Shown here: positions 46,484-56,232 of the stretch, piece after piece | How positions within the stretch are numbered: the stretch's first letter is position 1 | Layout of the letters: each line of letters opens with the position of its first letter | Assembly: GCA_024641335.1 (NCBI GenBank) | Contig: JAHEDG010000001.1 | Location: 46,910 to 110,909, forward strand | DNA length: 64,000 nt | Origin: Candidatus Zixiibacteriota bacterium | GTDB taxonomy: Bacteria > Zixibacteria > MSB-5A5 > UBA10806 | Reading direction: 5' to 3' | Program-made: the position numbers and the translations under genes | Notes under the pieces: generated by a model | Told to the model about the DNA's origin: nothing | Databases searched by the model: none | What the model saw: only the letters and a program-made list of their open reading frames with translations

Positions 46484-47187
46484 ATCACATAAAGAACAAA
46501 CCATCCATAATATCGCTCTATGATAAGGAATCGGCGGTAGCCACCGAACTGCGCAGAATAGTCTCGAATCTGAAATCGGTCGGCGAAAACAAAATCCGCA
46601 GTCTGCTGGTGACATCAGCTACTGTGGCTGAGGGCAAATCCATTACCAGCTGTTATCTCGGGATTACCGCCGCCAGCCTGATGCAGGCTAAGGTCGCCGT
46701 GATCGATTTCGATTTACGCAAGCCGAGAATCCACGAATATTTCGGTATTGCTCCCGATGGCGGTTTGGCCGATGTTCTCTCCGGAAAAGCCGGCATCAAG
46801 AATGTTTCCAGGTCTACGGGAATTCCCAATTTATCAGTCATCACCGCGGGAAAAGTCAGCTCTTTGCCGACCGATATTCTGGATAGAGGAGATATCCCGG
46901 CCTTGTTTCAGGAGTTAAAGTTCTATTTCGATTTCATTGTTATCGATTCACCGCCGGTGATCCCGGTTTCCGATCCCCTTCTTTTAGCAGACAATGTCGA
47001 CGGTGTATTGATAGTTATCAGAGCCGGATCCACCCAACGGGAAGTGGTCAACCGAGCCGCCAATCTTTTGCGGAACGCAGGCAGTAATATCGTTGGAGTT
47101 GTCCTCAACGACTATGAAGACGTCCTTCCTTATTATTATAAGGACAGGTATTACGGTTATCATTACTCCGATAAGAAACCAGGATAA
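46480..47187 (+). CDS. Bacterial tyrosine-protein kinase (BY-kinase, CpsD/CapB-like cytoplasmic ATPase)
   Basis: Walker A 'SATVAEGKS', A' 'VAVIDFDLRKP', B 'DFIVIDSPP'. C-terminal tyrosine cluster 'YYYKDRYYGYHY'. Confidence 0.85.
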   Translation: MNHIKNKPSIISLYDKESAVATELRRIVSNLKSVGENKIRSLLVTSATVAEGKSITSCYLGITAASLMQAKVAVIDFDLRKPRIHEYFGIAPDGGLADVLSGKAGIKNVSRSTGIPNLSVITAGKVSSLPTDILDRGDIPALFQELKFYFDFIVIDSPPVIPVSDPLLLADNVDGVLIVIRAGSTQREVVNRAANLLRNAGSNIVGVVLNDYEDVLPYYYKDRYYGYHYSDKKPG

Positions 47188-47706
47188 TCAGATCCGTTAA
47201 ATTATCCGCATGCATTCTTTTTGCAATGTTTTGCATAATGGAATTATATGATCTATGTTTTAGTATTGGCCGCAATTATCGTTTTGGATCTGGGGAGCCT
47301 CCCTGTATTTTTGTGCCACCATAAGGTGTTATAAGATATAAAGATATAAGCGTTAAAATTATCTTGGGCGGTTAGATATATATTCTTTTGTCAAGACAGC
47401 GTTGTGGCAGCGAATTTGCGATTACATTTCCATAATTAAGGTGAAACTAATTTTGGAGAGTAATTTTTGAGATACCAAAGTCCTGTCGCAAATCCACTAG
47501 CCCACTACTGGGAAGAAGAGTTTATAGGGTTTTGGGGTCAATGGCTGAGATTCCGTGCAGGATCTCAACGGTTGCTCTACTATTTTCTCGGTGAGTTGGT
47601 ATTTGCCAATATCTATCTGCTTTTGGAGAGTATTGCCAACCATACCGTTATCTCCGCAGGACATTCGATAATCGTCAGGGTAAAATATAAACTTCACCCA
47701 TCGGTA

Positions 47707-48366
47707 ATGGTCAAAAGGGCTCTTGATATCGCCGGATCGCTGGTCGGTCTGGTTATCAGTCTTCCGTTTTGGCTAATAATACCGGCACTCATCAAACTCG
47801 ACAGCCCCGGGCCGATCTTTTATACGCAGGTTAGGGTAGGACGTAACCGTCGGAGAGCAAGCCGTCGCCATGTGGCCGTGGAAGCTCCTCAGAAGCGCGG
47901 CCGCGGTGATCGTCGTCAGGAATCGGGATTTGGCAAGCCGTTTAGAATAATCAAATTCAGGACTATGAAACTGGATGCCGAAAGTCAATCCGGCCCTGTC
48001 TGGGCTACCAAGAGCGATCCGAGGATTACCAGAATCGGACGTATTCTCAGAAAGACCAGAATAGATGAAATCCCTCAGCTTCTCAATGTGTTGACCGGAG
48101 AGATGAGCATTGTCGGACCTCGCCCGGAGAGGCCGTATTTTGTGGCCAGGCTCGATGGCGTTGTAGAAAATTACCTGGAACGTTTCAATGTCAAGCCGGG
48201 AGTTACCGGTCTGGCGCAGGTCGAGCATAAATATGATGAGAGCATCGATGACGTAAGCCGCAAAACCAGGTATGATCTGCGGTACATCAGAAGCTGGAGC
48301 GTTATCCAGGATATCAAGATCATGCTTAAGACGGTGATTGTTGTTATTAGCGCTCGCGGAATGTAG
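47707..48366 (+). CDS. Polyprenyl-phosphate sugar-1-phosphate transferase (Bac_transf family, small WbaP/EpsL-like) with Arg-rich insertion
   Basis: 'MVKRALDIAGSLVGLV...PGPIFYTQVRVG', 'KFRTM', 'DEIPQLLNVLTGEMSIVGPRPERP'. The track ORF extends to 47467, but family alignment supports the Met at 47707. Confidence 0.8.
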   Translation: MVKRALDIAGSLVGLVISLPFWLIIPALIKLDSPGPIFYTQVRVGRNRRRASRRHVAVEAPQKRGRGDRRQESGFGKPFRIIKFRTMKLDAESQSGPVWATKSDPRITRIGRILRKTRIDEIPQLLNVLTGEMSIVGPRPERPYFVARLDGVVENYLERFNVKPGVTGLAQVEHKYDESIDDVSRKTRYDLRYIRSWSVIQDIKIMLKTVIVVISARGM

Positions 48367-48677
48367 CCAAAAGAAAAATTGGAATATGAACGGGGAGATA
48401 TTATCCCCGTTTTTTGTTTGGGATAAACTGCTTGCGTGAATTGCCGATATTAAGTATGTTTCCATTTTGAAAAGACTTAGGGGGAAGCCGGGCCTTTTAT
48501 GACAGGGTAATTCACGTCTTAAGGCTTCTTTTAGGAGGGAATAATTGAGTTTGATTTCCAAAGTTGGGAGTATAAAGACAATTGACAGATTTATGATCTG
48601 TTTTGTTGGTGGGATCGAGTTAACAATCGCGATTGCCGCGTCCATGAGGGCTAATTCGCTTTTCGGGGGAATTTAAT

Positions 48678-49385
48678 ATGGTTGGAAAAATATCCTTAAT
48701 ACTAATTTCAGGCTTTTTGCTTATTAGTCCGCCGCCGGCTGCGGGTCAGGATGATCAGCAGATTACTATTGTCACCAGCCCTCCGGGAGCAACAGTATTT
48801 CTTTATGGCGAAATGGATCTAATCGCCAACACTCCCGCCAGGCTGCCCTTGAAACTTTCTGGAAGATACCAGGCCAAAATTACCCGTCCCGGATACGAAA
48901 CCTGGAAAGGCGATTTGACCTTTGTGCCGGGAAGCAATAACAATTTCGAAATCAAAATGACCAGGAAAAGCCGTTTAAAGGCGGGTCTTCGTTCTGTATT
49001 CGTGCCCGGTTGGGGGCAGATATATTCCGGCAAGAAGACCGGCGGAATCATGCTGACATCCGGGGCGGCCGTTTCGGCAGTGGCCGTATATTTCACAGAC
49101 AGCAGATATAAAGATAAATTTTCCGATTACAATATCGCTATCATGAACTACACGAACGCGGTTTCTATAGAAGACAGGATCCGTTATAAAACGATCCTCG
49201 ATGATAAACAAAGAACGGCTTACAGGGCTGAAACCGACAGACGGATAGCCATTGCCGCGGCCGGGGCATTATGGGTATTCAATGTTCTGGACGCCGTTTT
49301 GTTTTTCCCCGAGACCGATCTGTTTTATCCTACTGTGGCCTCCATAGATGGCGGCGCGCAGTTGACTTTTACGGTCAGGTTTTAG
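48678..49385 (+). CDS. Secreted PEGA-domain protein
   Basis: Signal peptide. 'SPPGATVFLYGEMDLIANTPARLPLKLSGRYQAKITRPGYETW' PEGA motif. C-terminal hydrophobic segment. Confidence 0.6.
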   Translation: MVGKISLILISGFLLISPPPAAGQDDQQITIVTSPPGATVFLYGEMDLIANTPARLPLKLSGRYQAKITRPGYETWKGDLTFVPGSNNNFEIKMTRKSRLKAGLRSVFVPGWGQIYSGKKTGGIMLTSGAAVSAVAVYFTDSRYKDKFSDYNIAIMNYTNAVSIEDRIRYKTILDDKQRTAYRAETDRRIAIAAAGALWVFNVLDAVLFFPETDLFYPTVASIDGGAQLTFTVRF

Positions 49386-49394
49386 GGGGCGGAT

Positions 49395-51257
49395 ATGAAA
49401 TTAGAAATGTCATCTAATATTCTGGCAGCGGCTCTTGCCGTATTGGTATTGGGACTGGCTTGTTCCCGAGAAATAACCGAACCGGTATCGGCGCCCATCA
49501 GCGGGGATATCCCACCGACCCCACTTCATCTTTCAGCGATTGTCGGGGACGCGACAGTCACTCTTAGTTGGGACATTTCCGACACTGCGGAGATATCCAA
49601 ATACTATATTTATTCAGCCGATTCATCGGCCGGCATCTATACCAAAATAGGACAGACCGTGGCCATGAGCTACACGGTTTCGAACCTCGAAAACGGTATT
49701 GTCGGATATTTCAGCGTTTCGTCTGTCAGCCTGGATGGTTTCGAAGGATATAGATGCGATCCGGTGGAAGCGGTACCCGATCTCTACGGCATAATTATCA
49801 GCGAAGGGTTGGAATTTATCGATACCAGAGACGTTGTTCTGATTTTGACAGCTCCATCACAGACCGGTCTTATGCAGGTATCGTCGGACTCGAGTTTTTC
49901 CGGCTCGCAATGGGAAGTATTCAATACAGGGAGAAACTTCCGGCTTCCGACGGGCGACGGTGTGAAAACAGTTTTCGCTCGATTCCGGGATTCATCCGGC
50001 AGGATGACCATCGGCCATTACAGCGATACTATTATACTCGATACGCAGGCGATTATCGATTCGGTCAGGTTTTCTCCGTCTGGCGCACCCTTCACGCCGG
50101 GCGATAACGTTCATTTCCGCTTATTCGCGGCCGAGACCGACGGTCAGGCCGGAGTTCGGATCGGAAATGGTATCCTGACATTTTTGTTGAACGATAATGG
50201 CGAAAGAGGAGATGTTACCGCCGATGACGGGATCTATGAAGTTGACTATATACTCGATAGTTCACTCGATTTCGAAAATCAGATAGTTTTCGGGACATTT
50301 ACCGATCGCGCCGGCAATGATGCCGGGCCGGTCCAGGCCGGTTCCGGTATTTCGGTTCGACGTTTTCCCGACCCGGTTACCCTTTATGATGTAAATACTC
50401 CCCAGGGGCAATATGATCGTCTGGAGCTGTCGTGGGGACGATCATCCGCGCAGGATTTCGCGCAATACAGAATCTACCGCGGTGTTTCGGCCGGAGTGGA
50501 TTCCAGCGATTACCTGGTCCGTGTACTGTCTTCATCATCCGCCACTACGTTGACCGATACCGGGTTGAGTGAAAGCACCGCTTATTTCTATAAGGTTTAT
50601 GTGGCCGATAACACCGGATTATGGACCGGTTCCAATGAAGCTGACGGTACAACCGGGCTGGATTTGCCTCCCGATCCCGCGAATCTTTACCCGCTGGTGA
50701 TCGAACCCGATCGATATTCGGATATCGCTCTGGAGTGGAGCCGATGTCTCGATACTGATTTCGAATCCTACAGGCTGTTCCGCTGGCAGGAAGATATCGG
50801 TCGGGCCGATAGTGTTATGGTAAATTTCACTACCGATTCGGGACGTTTGACATTCACAGATAATCCGCCGTTTAACACATCGGAAGATACCCTGAATATC
50901 TGGTATATTTTGCGTACTTATGATCGAGGCGGACAGAGTTCCGCGTCGGACAGCATCAGAGCGCATCTAATTGATAATTTGCCTCCGCAGGTTGACGGCG
51001 TGGTAGCGCCATCGGACAGCGCTCTGGTCATTACCTGGACTTCGCCCGATCTTCCCGATTTCGGAAGCTACCGGCTGCTGCGGGATATAGACTCTGATCC
51101 TGCCGGCGCATTGACCGTGTTCGTCACCACTCTGCAGGCAACCGGGTCATACACCGACAGTTCAGCCGTCGAAACTCAAGTATATTTCTACTGGCTCGAT
51201 CTGGCCGACCGGAGAGGCAACAGCTCCAGAACCCTGTTGGGCAGCGGATCCTGGTAG
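49395..51257 (+). CDS. Lipoprotein with multiple fibronectin type III-like domains
   Basis: Lipobox 'LGLACS'. Repeated 'LSW...Y.IYR...YFY.V...D..GNxS'-type FN3 segments. Confidence 0.55.
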   Translation: MKLEMSSNILAAALAVLVLGLACSREITEPVSAPISGDIPPTPLHLSAIVGDATVTLSWDISDTAEISKYYIYSADSSAGIYTKIGQTVAMSYTVSNLENGIVGYFSVSSVSLDGFEGYRCDPVEAVPDLYGIIISEGLEFIDTRDVVLILTAPSQTGLMQVSSDSSFSGSQWEVFNTGRNFRLPTGDGVKTVFARFRDSSGRMTIGHYSDTIILDTQAIIDSVRFSPSGAPFTPGDNVHFRLFAAETDGQAGVRIGNGILTFLLNDNGERGDVTADDGIYEVDYILDSSLDFENQIVFGTFTDRAGNDAGPVQAGSGISVRRFPDPVTLYDVNTPQGQYDRLELSWGRSSAQDFAQYRIYRGVSAGVDSSDYLVRVLSSSSATTLTDTGLSESTAYFYKVYVADNTGLWTGSNEADGTTGLDLPPDPANLYPLVIEPDRYSDIALEWSRCLDTDFESYRLFRWQEDIGRADSVMVNFTTDSGRLTFTDNPPFNTSEDTLNIWYILRTYDRGGQSSASDSIRAHLIDNLPPQVDGVVAPSDSALVITWTSPDLPDFGSYRLLRDIDSDPAGALTVFVTTLQATGSYTDSSAVETQVYFYWLDLADRRGNSSRTLLGSGSW

Positions 51258-51258
51258 T

Positions 51259-52101
51259 ATGAAACTGACCGCCCTGGACAAGATCAATCTTTTTGTCCGT
51301 ATTTACGGCAGGATGTTCGCGGCTGTTTTCAATTTTGCTCCCTGGGCGCCATTTTTAATTCTGGCTTTTTTTCAAGCCTTAGGCCTGTTCGGTCTGATCA
51401 ATTTTCATTTGAGCGGATGGTCAGCGCTGATATCGCCGTTAATATCGCGATTCATTTCCGAGGAGATGATTCATTATCCTCAATATTATCTGGCTCTTCC
51501 GTCTCTTTATTCCAGCTATAGTACTTTTATTCTCGGTCCTACGATTTGGGTGATTCTCTCCGCGGCGGCGGTCCACAAGCTTTCCGGATATCATTCGGGG
51601 GAGAAGATTTCTCTAAAAGAGGCCTTGAGATCCAGCCGACGTTTATATTTCCCGCTTTTGTTGTTCTGGATTATCGAGACCGGGATTGTTTTGGTTGTCA
51701 TGCTGGCCCCATCGGTTGTCCTGGCTCAGGCGGCGGCCACGAGTCCACTTCGTAAACTTGTTTTGAATACCGGTTTGAATTGCGCGGCGTTCGCGGTTTC
51801 TGCCTTTTTTGTCTATACGATCCCCGGAGTGATTATAGGGGGTAAGAAAATATTCTCCGCTATCGCTGGAAGCGCCGGACTTTGCGCCCGAAATTTCTTT
51901 TTGACCTTCTTTATAGTAGCGGTTCCCGGATCGATCGGATTGGTCTTCGATCTGATCTTGACAGAATTTTCAGGCAGGATAGTCACTTTGCTTAATCCCG
52001 AGCTTATATTGTTGATACTTTATATCAGGATCGCCGCCGGGATATTCGTCAATCTCTTTATTTACGGAGCGGCCGTTTTCGTTTATAAAGAACTCGAATA
52101 A
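51259..52101 (+). CDS. Polytopic membrane protein, unknown function
   Basis: About 6-7 hydrophobic helices and no recognised domain. ATGA overlap with the upstream gene. Confidence 0.4.
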   Translation: MKLTALDKINLFVRIYGRMFAAVFNFAPWAPFLILAFFQALGLFGLINFHLSGWSALISPLISRFISEEMIHYPQYYLALPSLYSSYSTFILGPTIWVILSAAAVHKLSGYHSGEKISLKEALRSSRRLYFPLLLFWIIETGIVLVVMLAPSVVLAQAAATSPLRKLVLNTGLNCAAFAVSAFFVYTIPGVIIGGKKIFSAIAGSAGLCARNFFLTFFIVAVPGSIGLVFDLILTEFSGRIVTLLNPELILLILYIRIAAGIFVNLFIYGAAVFVYKELE

Positions 52102-52570
52102 GAGCCGCCAAGATAGAAATTATTCGGGCTAACTTTCGATGCCTAATATCGAGGCGTCATTGAACCACCGGTTGTTCCAGCCATATTGAATAAATAAAAC
52201 AATCAAAAATCTCCATATTTTTCTGAAACAGTTTTGAGCATTTTGCCGGCCGGAATTTTCGCAATTCGCAAAGTGCGATGGATTTTTGGCTTATTCAGCC
52301 GTGCAAATCAAGATCCGCCATAACTCCGGCCGCCCGCGTTCCGGAGGCGTATCCTGTTGATAATATGACTGTTACGGATCAATGTTTTCATGGCCGATCA
52401 GTTTTAAGAGGTTACGGCATGCCGTTTGCCATATTACGGGTCGGAACTTTGAAAACAGAATGAATTTCCGAAGGAATTGCCTCGATATTTCGGGAAATTA
52501 AAGTTGCCGAAATAATATTCGATAAGAAACAGTGAAGAACTAATAACCCAATAAACAGAGAGGTGAGCAA

Positions 52571-52996
52571 ATGTTGAGGAATTTCCATCGTAACAATAAG
52601 GGTTTCACCCTTATCGAGCTGATGATCGTCGTGGTCATTATCGGTATCCTGGCCGCACTGGCCATTCCGCGTTTCATGCGTTCTACCACCAAATCCAAGC
52701 AGTCAGAAGCCAAGCAGCTCTTAAAGCAGGTCTACACCATGCAGAGAGCCTACAGACAGGAATTCAATACTTACACCCTTAACGGTGTAACCGCCAGCGC
52801 CGCCGCTCCGCAGGCTTTCGCTACGATCGGCGTCGATGTAATGGGTTCCGCCAGATACTCATTCGCCATGGTTTCCGACGTAAACACTTTCACTTGCACG
52901 GCTACCGCCGATCTTGACGATGATCCTACAATCGATACCTGGACAATCGATCAGAATGGTACTCTGACCAACACGATCGACGACTCTTCGCTCTAA
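52571..52996 (+). CDS. pilA: Type IV pilin (PilA-like major pilin), copy 1
   Basis: Prepilin leader plus 'G|FTLIELMIVVVIIGILAALAIPRF' N-methylation/hydrophobic segment with Glu at position 5. Confidence 0.85.
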   Translation: MLRNFHRNNKGFTLIELMIVVVIIGILAALAIPRFMRSTTKSKQSEAKQLLKQVYTMQRAYRQEFNTYTLNGVTASAAAPQAFATIGVDVMGSARYSFAMVSDVNTFTCTATADLDDDPTIDTWTIDQNGTLTNTIDDSSL

Positions 52997-53012
52997 CGTA
53001 ACGAATTCGAAC

Positions 53013-53044
53013 GGGGGACGGTATTCCGTCCCCCGATTTTTTTT
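53013..53044 (+). terminator. Rho-independent terminator between the two pilin genes
   Basis: GGGGGACGG-tatt-CCGTCCCCC hairpin followed by T8. Confidence 0.85.
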
Positions 53045-53075
53045 AGCCGGTTTGACCGGATAAATTGGAGGAAAT

Positions 53076-53501
53076 ATGATCATGGCCGGAAAGAAGAGGA
53101 GTTCAGGATTTACCCTGATTGAATTGATGATTGTCGTGGTTATCATAGGCATCCTCGCGGCTCTGGCCATCCCCCGATTCATGATAGCGGCCGCCAAATC
53201 CAAACAATCGGAAGCCAAAGAGCTTCTCAAACAGATTTACTCTATGCAGCGGGCATATTTTATGGAAAACGAGACCTATACCCTTAACGGGGTAACGGCA
53301 TCGGCTGCCGCGCCCGCGGCTTTCGATCAGATTGGAGTGGAAATTATGAACAGCGCCAGATATACGTATTCTATGGTTTCCGACGTTAACACTTTCACAT
53401 GCACAGCTACAGCCGATATTGACGAGGACCCCACAATCGACACCTGGACAATTAATAATAACGGTCTGCTGGTCAATCCTATAGATGACGCTACTATGTA
53501 A
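53076..53501 (+). CDS. pilA: Type IV pilin, copy 2 (paralogue, ~65% identical to copy 1)
   Basis: Same 'GFTLIELMIVVVIIGILAALAIPRF' core. The C-terminal halves are collinear ('TYTLNGVTASAAAP...VSDVNTFTCTATAD...DPTIDTWTI'). Confidence 0.85.
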   Translation: MIMAGKKRSSGFTLIELMIVVVIIGILAALAIPRFMIAAAKSKQSEAKELLKQIYSMQRAYFMENETYTLNGVTASAAAPAAFDQIGVEIMNSARYTYSMVSDVNTFTCTATADIDEDPTIDTWTINNNGLLVNPIDDATM

Positions 53502-53542
53502 TTTTCTCGCGGCTGTTCTCAGCTATTTACTTTTTTTATAGA

Positions 53543-54343
53543 TTGGTTTATAATATGGCGATGCGCGACCCAGTTATTCTCGCCCTTGTTTTTGTTTTCG
53601 GAGCTGTATTCGGGAGTTTTATCAATGTCCTGATATACCGGATTCCGAGGAAAATGTCTCTGCTGAAACCGCCGTCGACCTGCCCGAATTGCCTGACAAA
53701 AATCAGATATTATGACAACATCCCCATATTGTCCTTTATTATTCTCAAAGGCAGATGCCGTCATTGCCGAACTAAAATTTCCAGCCGCTATCCGATGGTG
53801 GAGCTTTCGGCCGGATTGCTTGCGGTCCTGGCTATATTCGTATTCGGAGTGACACCGAAAGGCGGTATTGCCGTTTTTCTTACGTTCATTTTCATAGCCG
53901 TGTTTTTTATCGATCTTGAATTTACCATAATTCCCGATGTTTTCACTCTGCCGGGAACGGTTCTGGGATTTTGTCTGAGTTTTATACCGGGCGGTTTTGT
54001 CAGCTGGAAGCAGTCGTTGATCGGGCTTATTGTGGGCGGAGGAGTATTTCTTCTGGTCGGTCTGCTGGGCGAATTCATATTCAAAAAGGAAGCCCTCGGT
54101 TTCGGCGATGTCAAATTCGCGGCTATGCTGGGGGCGTTTCTGGGATGGCAAAACCTGCTGCTGATCCTGGTATTGGCATCTTTCCTGGGATCAATAGTCG
54201 GGATAACCATGATTTATCTATCCGGCAGGAAAGATAAATCGTCGTATATTCCATTCGGTCCATTTTTAACCATATCGGCCTGGCTGGCGATCTATACGGG
54301 TGATATCATTATCATGGCTTATCGGCGTTTTATAGGTCTTTAG
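53543..54343 (+). CDS. pilD: Prepilin peptidase (A24 family, PilD)
   Basis: Zinc-ribbon 'CPNC...CRHC'. Multiple TM helices. Catalytic Asp context 'FGDVKFAAMLGAFLGW'. Confidence 0.85.
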   Translation: MVYNMAMRDPVILALVFVFGAVFGSFINVLIYRIPRKMSLLKPPSTCPNCLTKIRYYDNIPILSFIILKGRCRHCRTKISSRYPMVELSAGLLAVLAIFVFGVTPKGGIAVFLTFIFIAVFFIDLEFTIIPDVFTLPGTVLGFCLSFIPGGFVSWKQSLIGLIVGGGVFLLVGLLGEFIFKKEALGFGDVKFAAMLGAFLGWQNLLLILVLASFLGSIVGITMIYLSGRKDKSSYIPFGPFLTISAWLAIYTGDIIIMAYRRFIGL

Positions 54344-54388
54344 ATCCTGATCAATTGAACGTCGTCGGTTTTTTGCCGATAATCCATA

Positions 54389-56230
54389 GTGATGGCCAAA
54401 AAATATGATAGATACGAACTGGAGATTATTATCTCGCTGGGATTTCTAATCCTGTTCTTAATCTCCACTAATTTTATCTCTGGTTTTTCTTTCGAACGGG
54501 CCGTCCGCGGTCAATACTCCCAATTCGAGATTTCAATCAATATGGCCGCTAATCTTATAAAGACCGAACTCGAGGATAAAGCTCCCAAATGGACACGCTC
54601 CAGCGCCGCACTCTTCGAGAATTTGCAGGATCTGGCCATACTGACCGACGTCGGGGCTTTGAGTGTCACCGATACCGAGGGGAACGTGGTGGCCGAAATA
54701 AATACCGCCGCCGTTCGCGATTCGGAAAATTCTCTTGTTGTTAAACGTCCTTTAGTGAATTCCGACGGCAAGACCATAGGGTATCTTCTAATTTCGTCCG
54801 TGAATCCCATGGAGAGGGCTTTTCGGCGCTTATCCCGCTGGGATCTGATATTCAGGATCGGCGGTTTGTTGGGCGCTCTTATCATGGGGGGATATTTCCT
54901 GCGGGCGATATTATATCCATACAGACGAATCAAACGGGAAGCTATGGATTTCAATCTGGATATCAAGCCGGAAGGGCGGGAGCAGGGAATCGAATATATA
55001 GTCGATACCTTTAAAGATATAATTCTGGAATTGGAAGAGGGACGAGAGCAGCTCGAAAATATGTATGCCGATTCCGAAAAACGAGCCGATTCACTCGCCA
55101 GGTACAATGAATATATCCTTGGCTCCATCACCTCCGGCGTGGTTATTTGCGATTCCAGCGGCAAAATATCGCGATTCAATCCGTCAGCCGAAAAAATCCT
55201 CCAGTATTTCGAAAAAGACTGCCGCGGCAGGCACTACAAAGAACTTTTCGGCGCGAACCACAAGCTGTCGGTCCTGTTGGACGACGCTCTAATCCTCGGC
55301 ACGGTTCATTCCCGTCTCGAATTCGAGATAAAACGTCCCGATAACGAAAAGTTATGGCTGGGATGTTCATCATCCATGATAAATGACGAGAATGGAGAGG
55401 GGATGGGGGCGGCAATACTGATGATCGATCTGACCGAAATCAGACGTCTTCAGGAAATCTCGTCTTATTCTGAAAAAATGGCCTCGCTTGGTGAAATGTC
55501 CGCCGGGCTGGCCCACGAAATTAGAAATTCCTTCGCGGCAGTAATAGGATTCGCCAATTTAGTGAAAAAATCTCCGGTTCTCGACAAGGGAACCGCCGAT
55601 CTGGTCGATTCATTGAAAAACGAAAGTCTGGCCGCTGAAGCTCTGCTCTCCCGATTCTTAAATTATGCCCGTCCGCTGGAAATTGTACCCGAACCGATAG
55701 ATTTGCGTCAGCTCGCGGAGTCAGCCATCGGCAATCTTTCCTCGATGGATAATATCAGCCTCGAAACCAGGTTTGAAGAGAATCTACCGGATATCACCGG
55801 TGATTTCGCTCTCTTAAAACAGGTATTGTCGAACCTGCTGCTCAACGCTTGTGATGCTGTACAGGGGGGAGGGCATATTATCCTGGAGATCAAAATGAAT
55901 CCCAGAAAAAATCCTCGAGAGAGAAACGAGATGGTGATCTCGGTTTCCGATAACGGAATCGGTATCGATCCGAGCAAAAAAGAGAAGATCTTCGAACCGT
56001 TTTATACTGATAAGGCCAATGGGACCGGTCTTGGTCTTGCTCTGGTCAAGAAGATAGTCATACTGCATAGAGGCAGAATAGAAGTTCACAGCAAACCGGG
56101 AAAGGGCACCAGATTTACTCTCTATTTGCCCCAGGATCACTGTTCCAACGATTCATCCGGGATTAAAACCGCCGCATCAGCGTTGCCGGAAAAAGCTCCG
56201 AGATTAGATACTTCGGATAAATTGAGATGA
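54389..56230 (+). CDS. Sensor histidine kinase (TM + PAS + HisKA + HATPase)
   Basis: H-box 'AHEIRNSFAAV'. ATP-binding N/G boxes ('LLNACDA', 'DNGIGI', 'GTGLGLA'). Confidence 0.85.
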   Translation: MMAKKYDRYELEIIISLGFLILFLISTNFISGFSFERAVRGQYSQFEISINMAANLIKTELEDKAPKWTRSSAALFENLQDLAILTDVGALSVTDTEGNVVAEINTAAVRDSENSLVVKRPLVNSDGKTIGYLLISSVNPMERAFRRLSRWDLIFRIGGLLGALIMGGYFLRAILYPYRRIKREAMDFNLDIKPEGREQGIEYIVDTFKDIILELEEGREQLENMYADSEKRADSLARYNEYILGSITSGVVICDSSGKISRFNPSAEKILQYFEKDCRGRHYKELFGANHKLSVLLDDALILGTVHSRLEFEIKRPDNEKLWLGCSSSMINDENGEGMGAAILMIDLTEIRRLQEISSYSEKMASLGEMSAGLAHEIRNSFAAVIGFANLVKKSPVLDKGTADLVDSLKNESLAAEALLSRFLNYARPLEIVPEPIDLRQLAESAIGNLSSMDNISLETRFEENLPDITGDFALLKQVLSNLLLNACDAVQGGGHIILEIKMNPRKNPRERNEMVISVSDNGIGIDPSKKEKIFEPFYTDKANGTGLGLALVKKIVILHRGRIEVHSKPGKGTRFTLYLPQDHCSNDSSGIKTAASALPEKAPRLDTSDKLR

Positions 56231-56232
56231 AC

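Noticed and set aside
47467-47706. N-terminal 80-aa extension of the sugar-transferase ORF
   Set aside because: Bac_transf family proteins begin at the 'M.KR.LD' motif found at 47707. The extension has no RBS and lies in an AT-rich leader.
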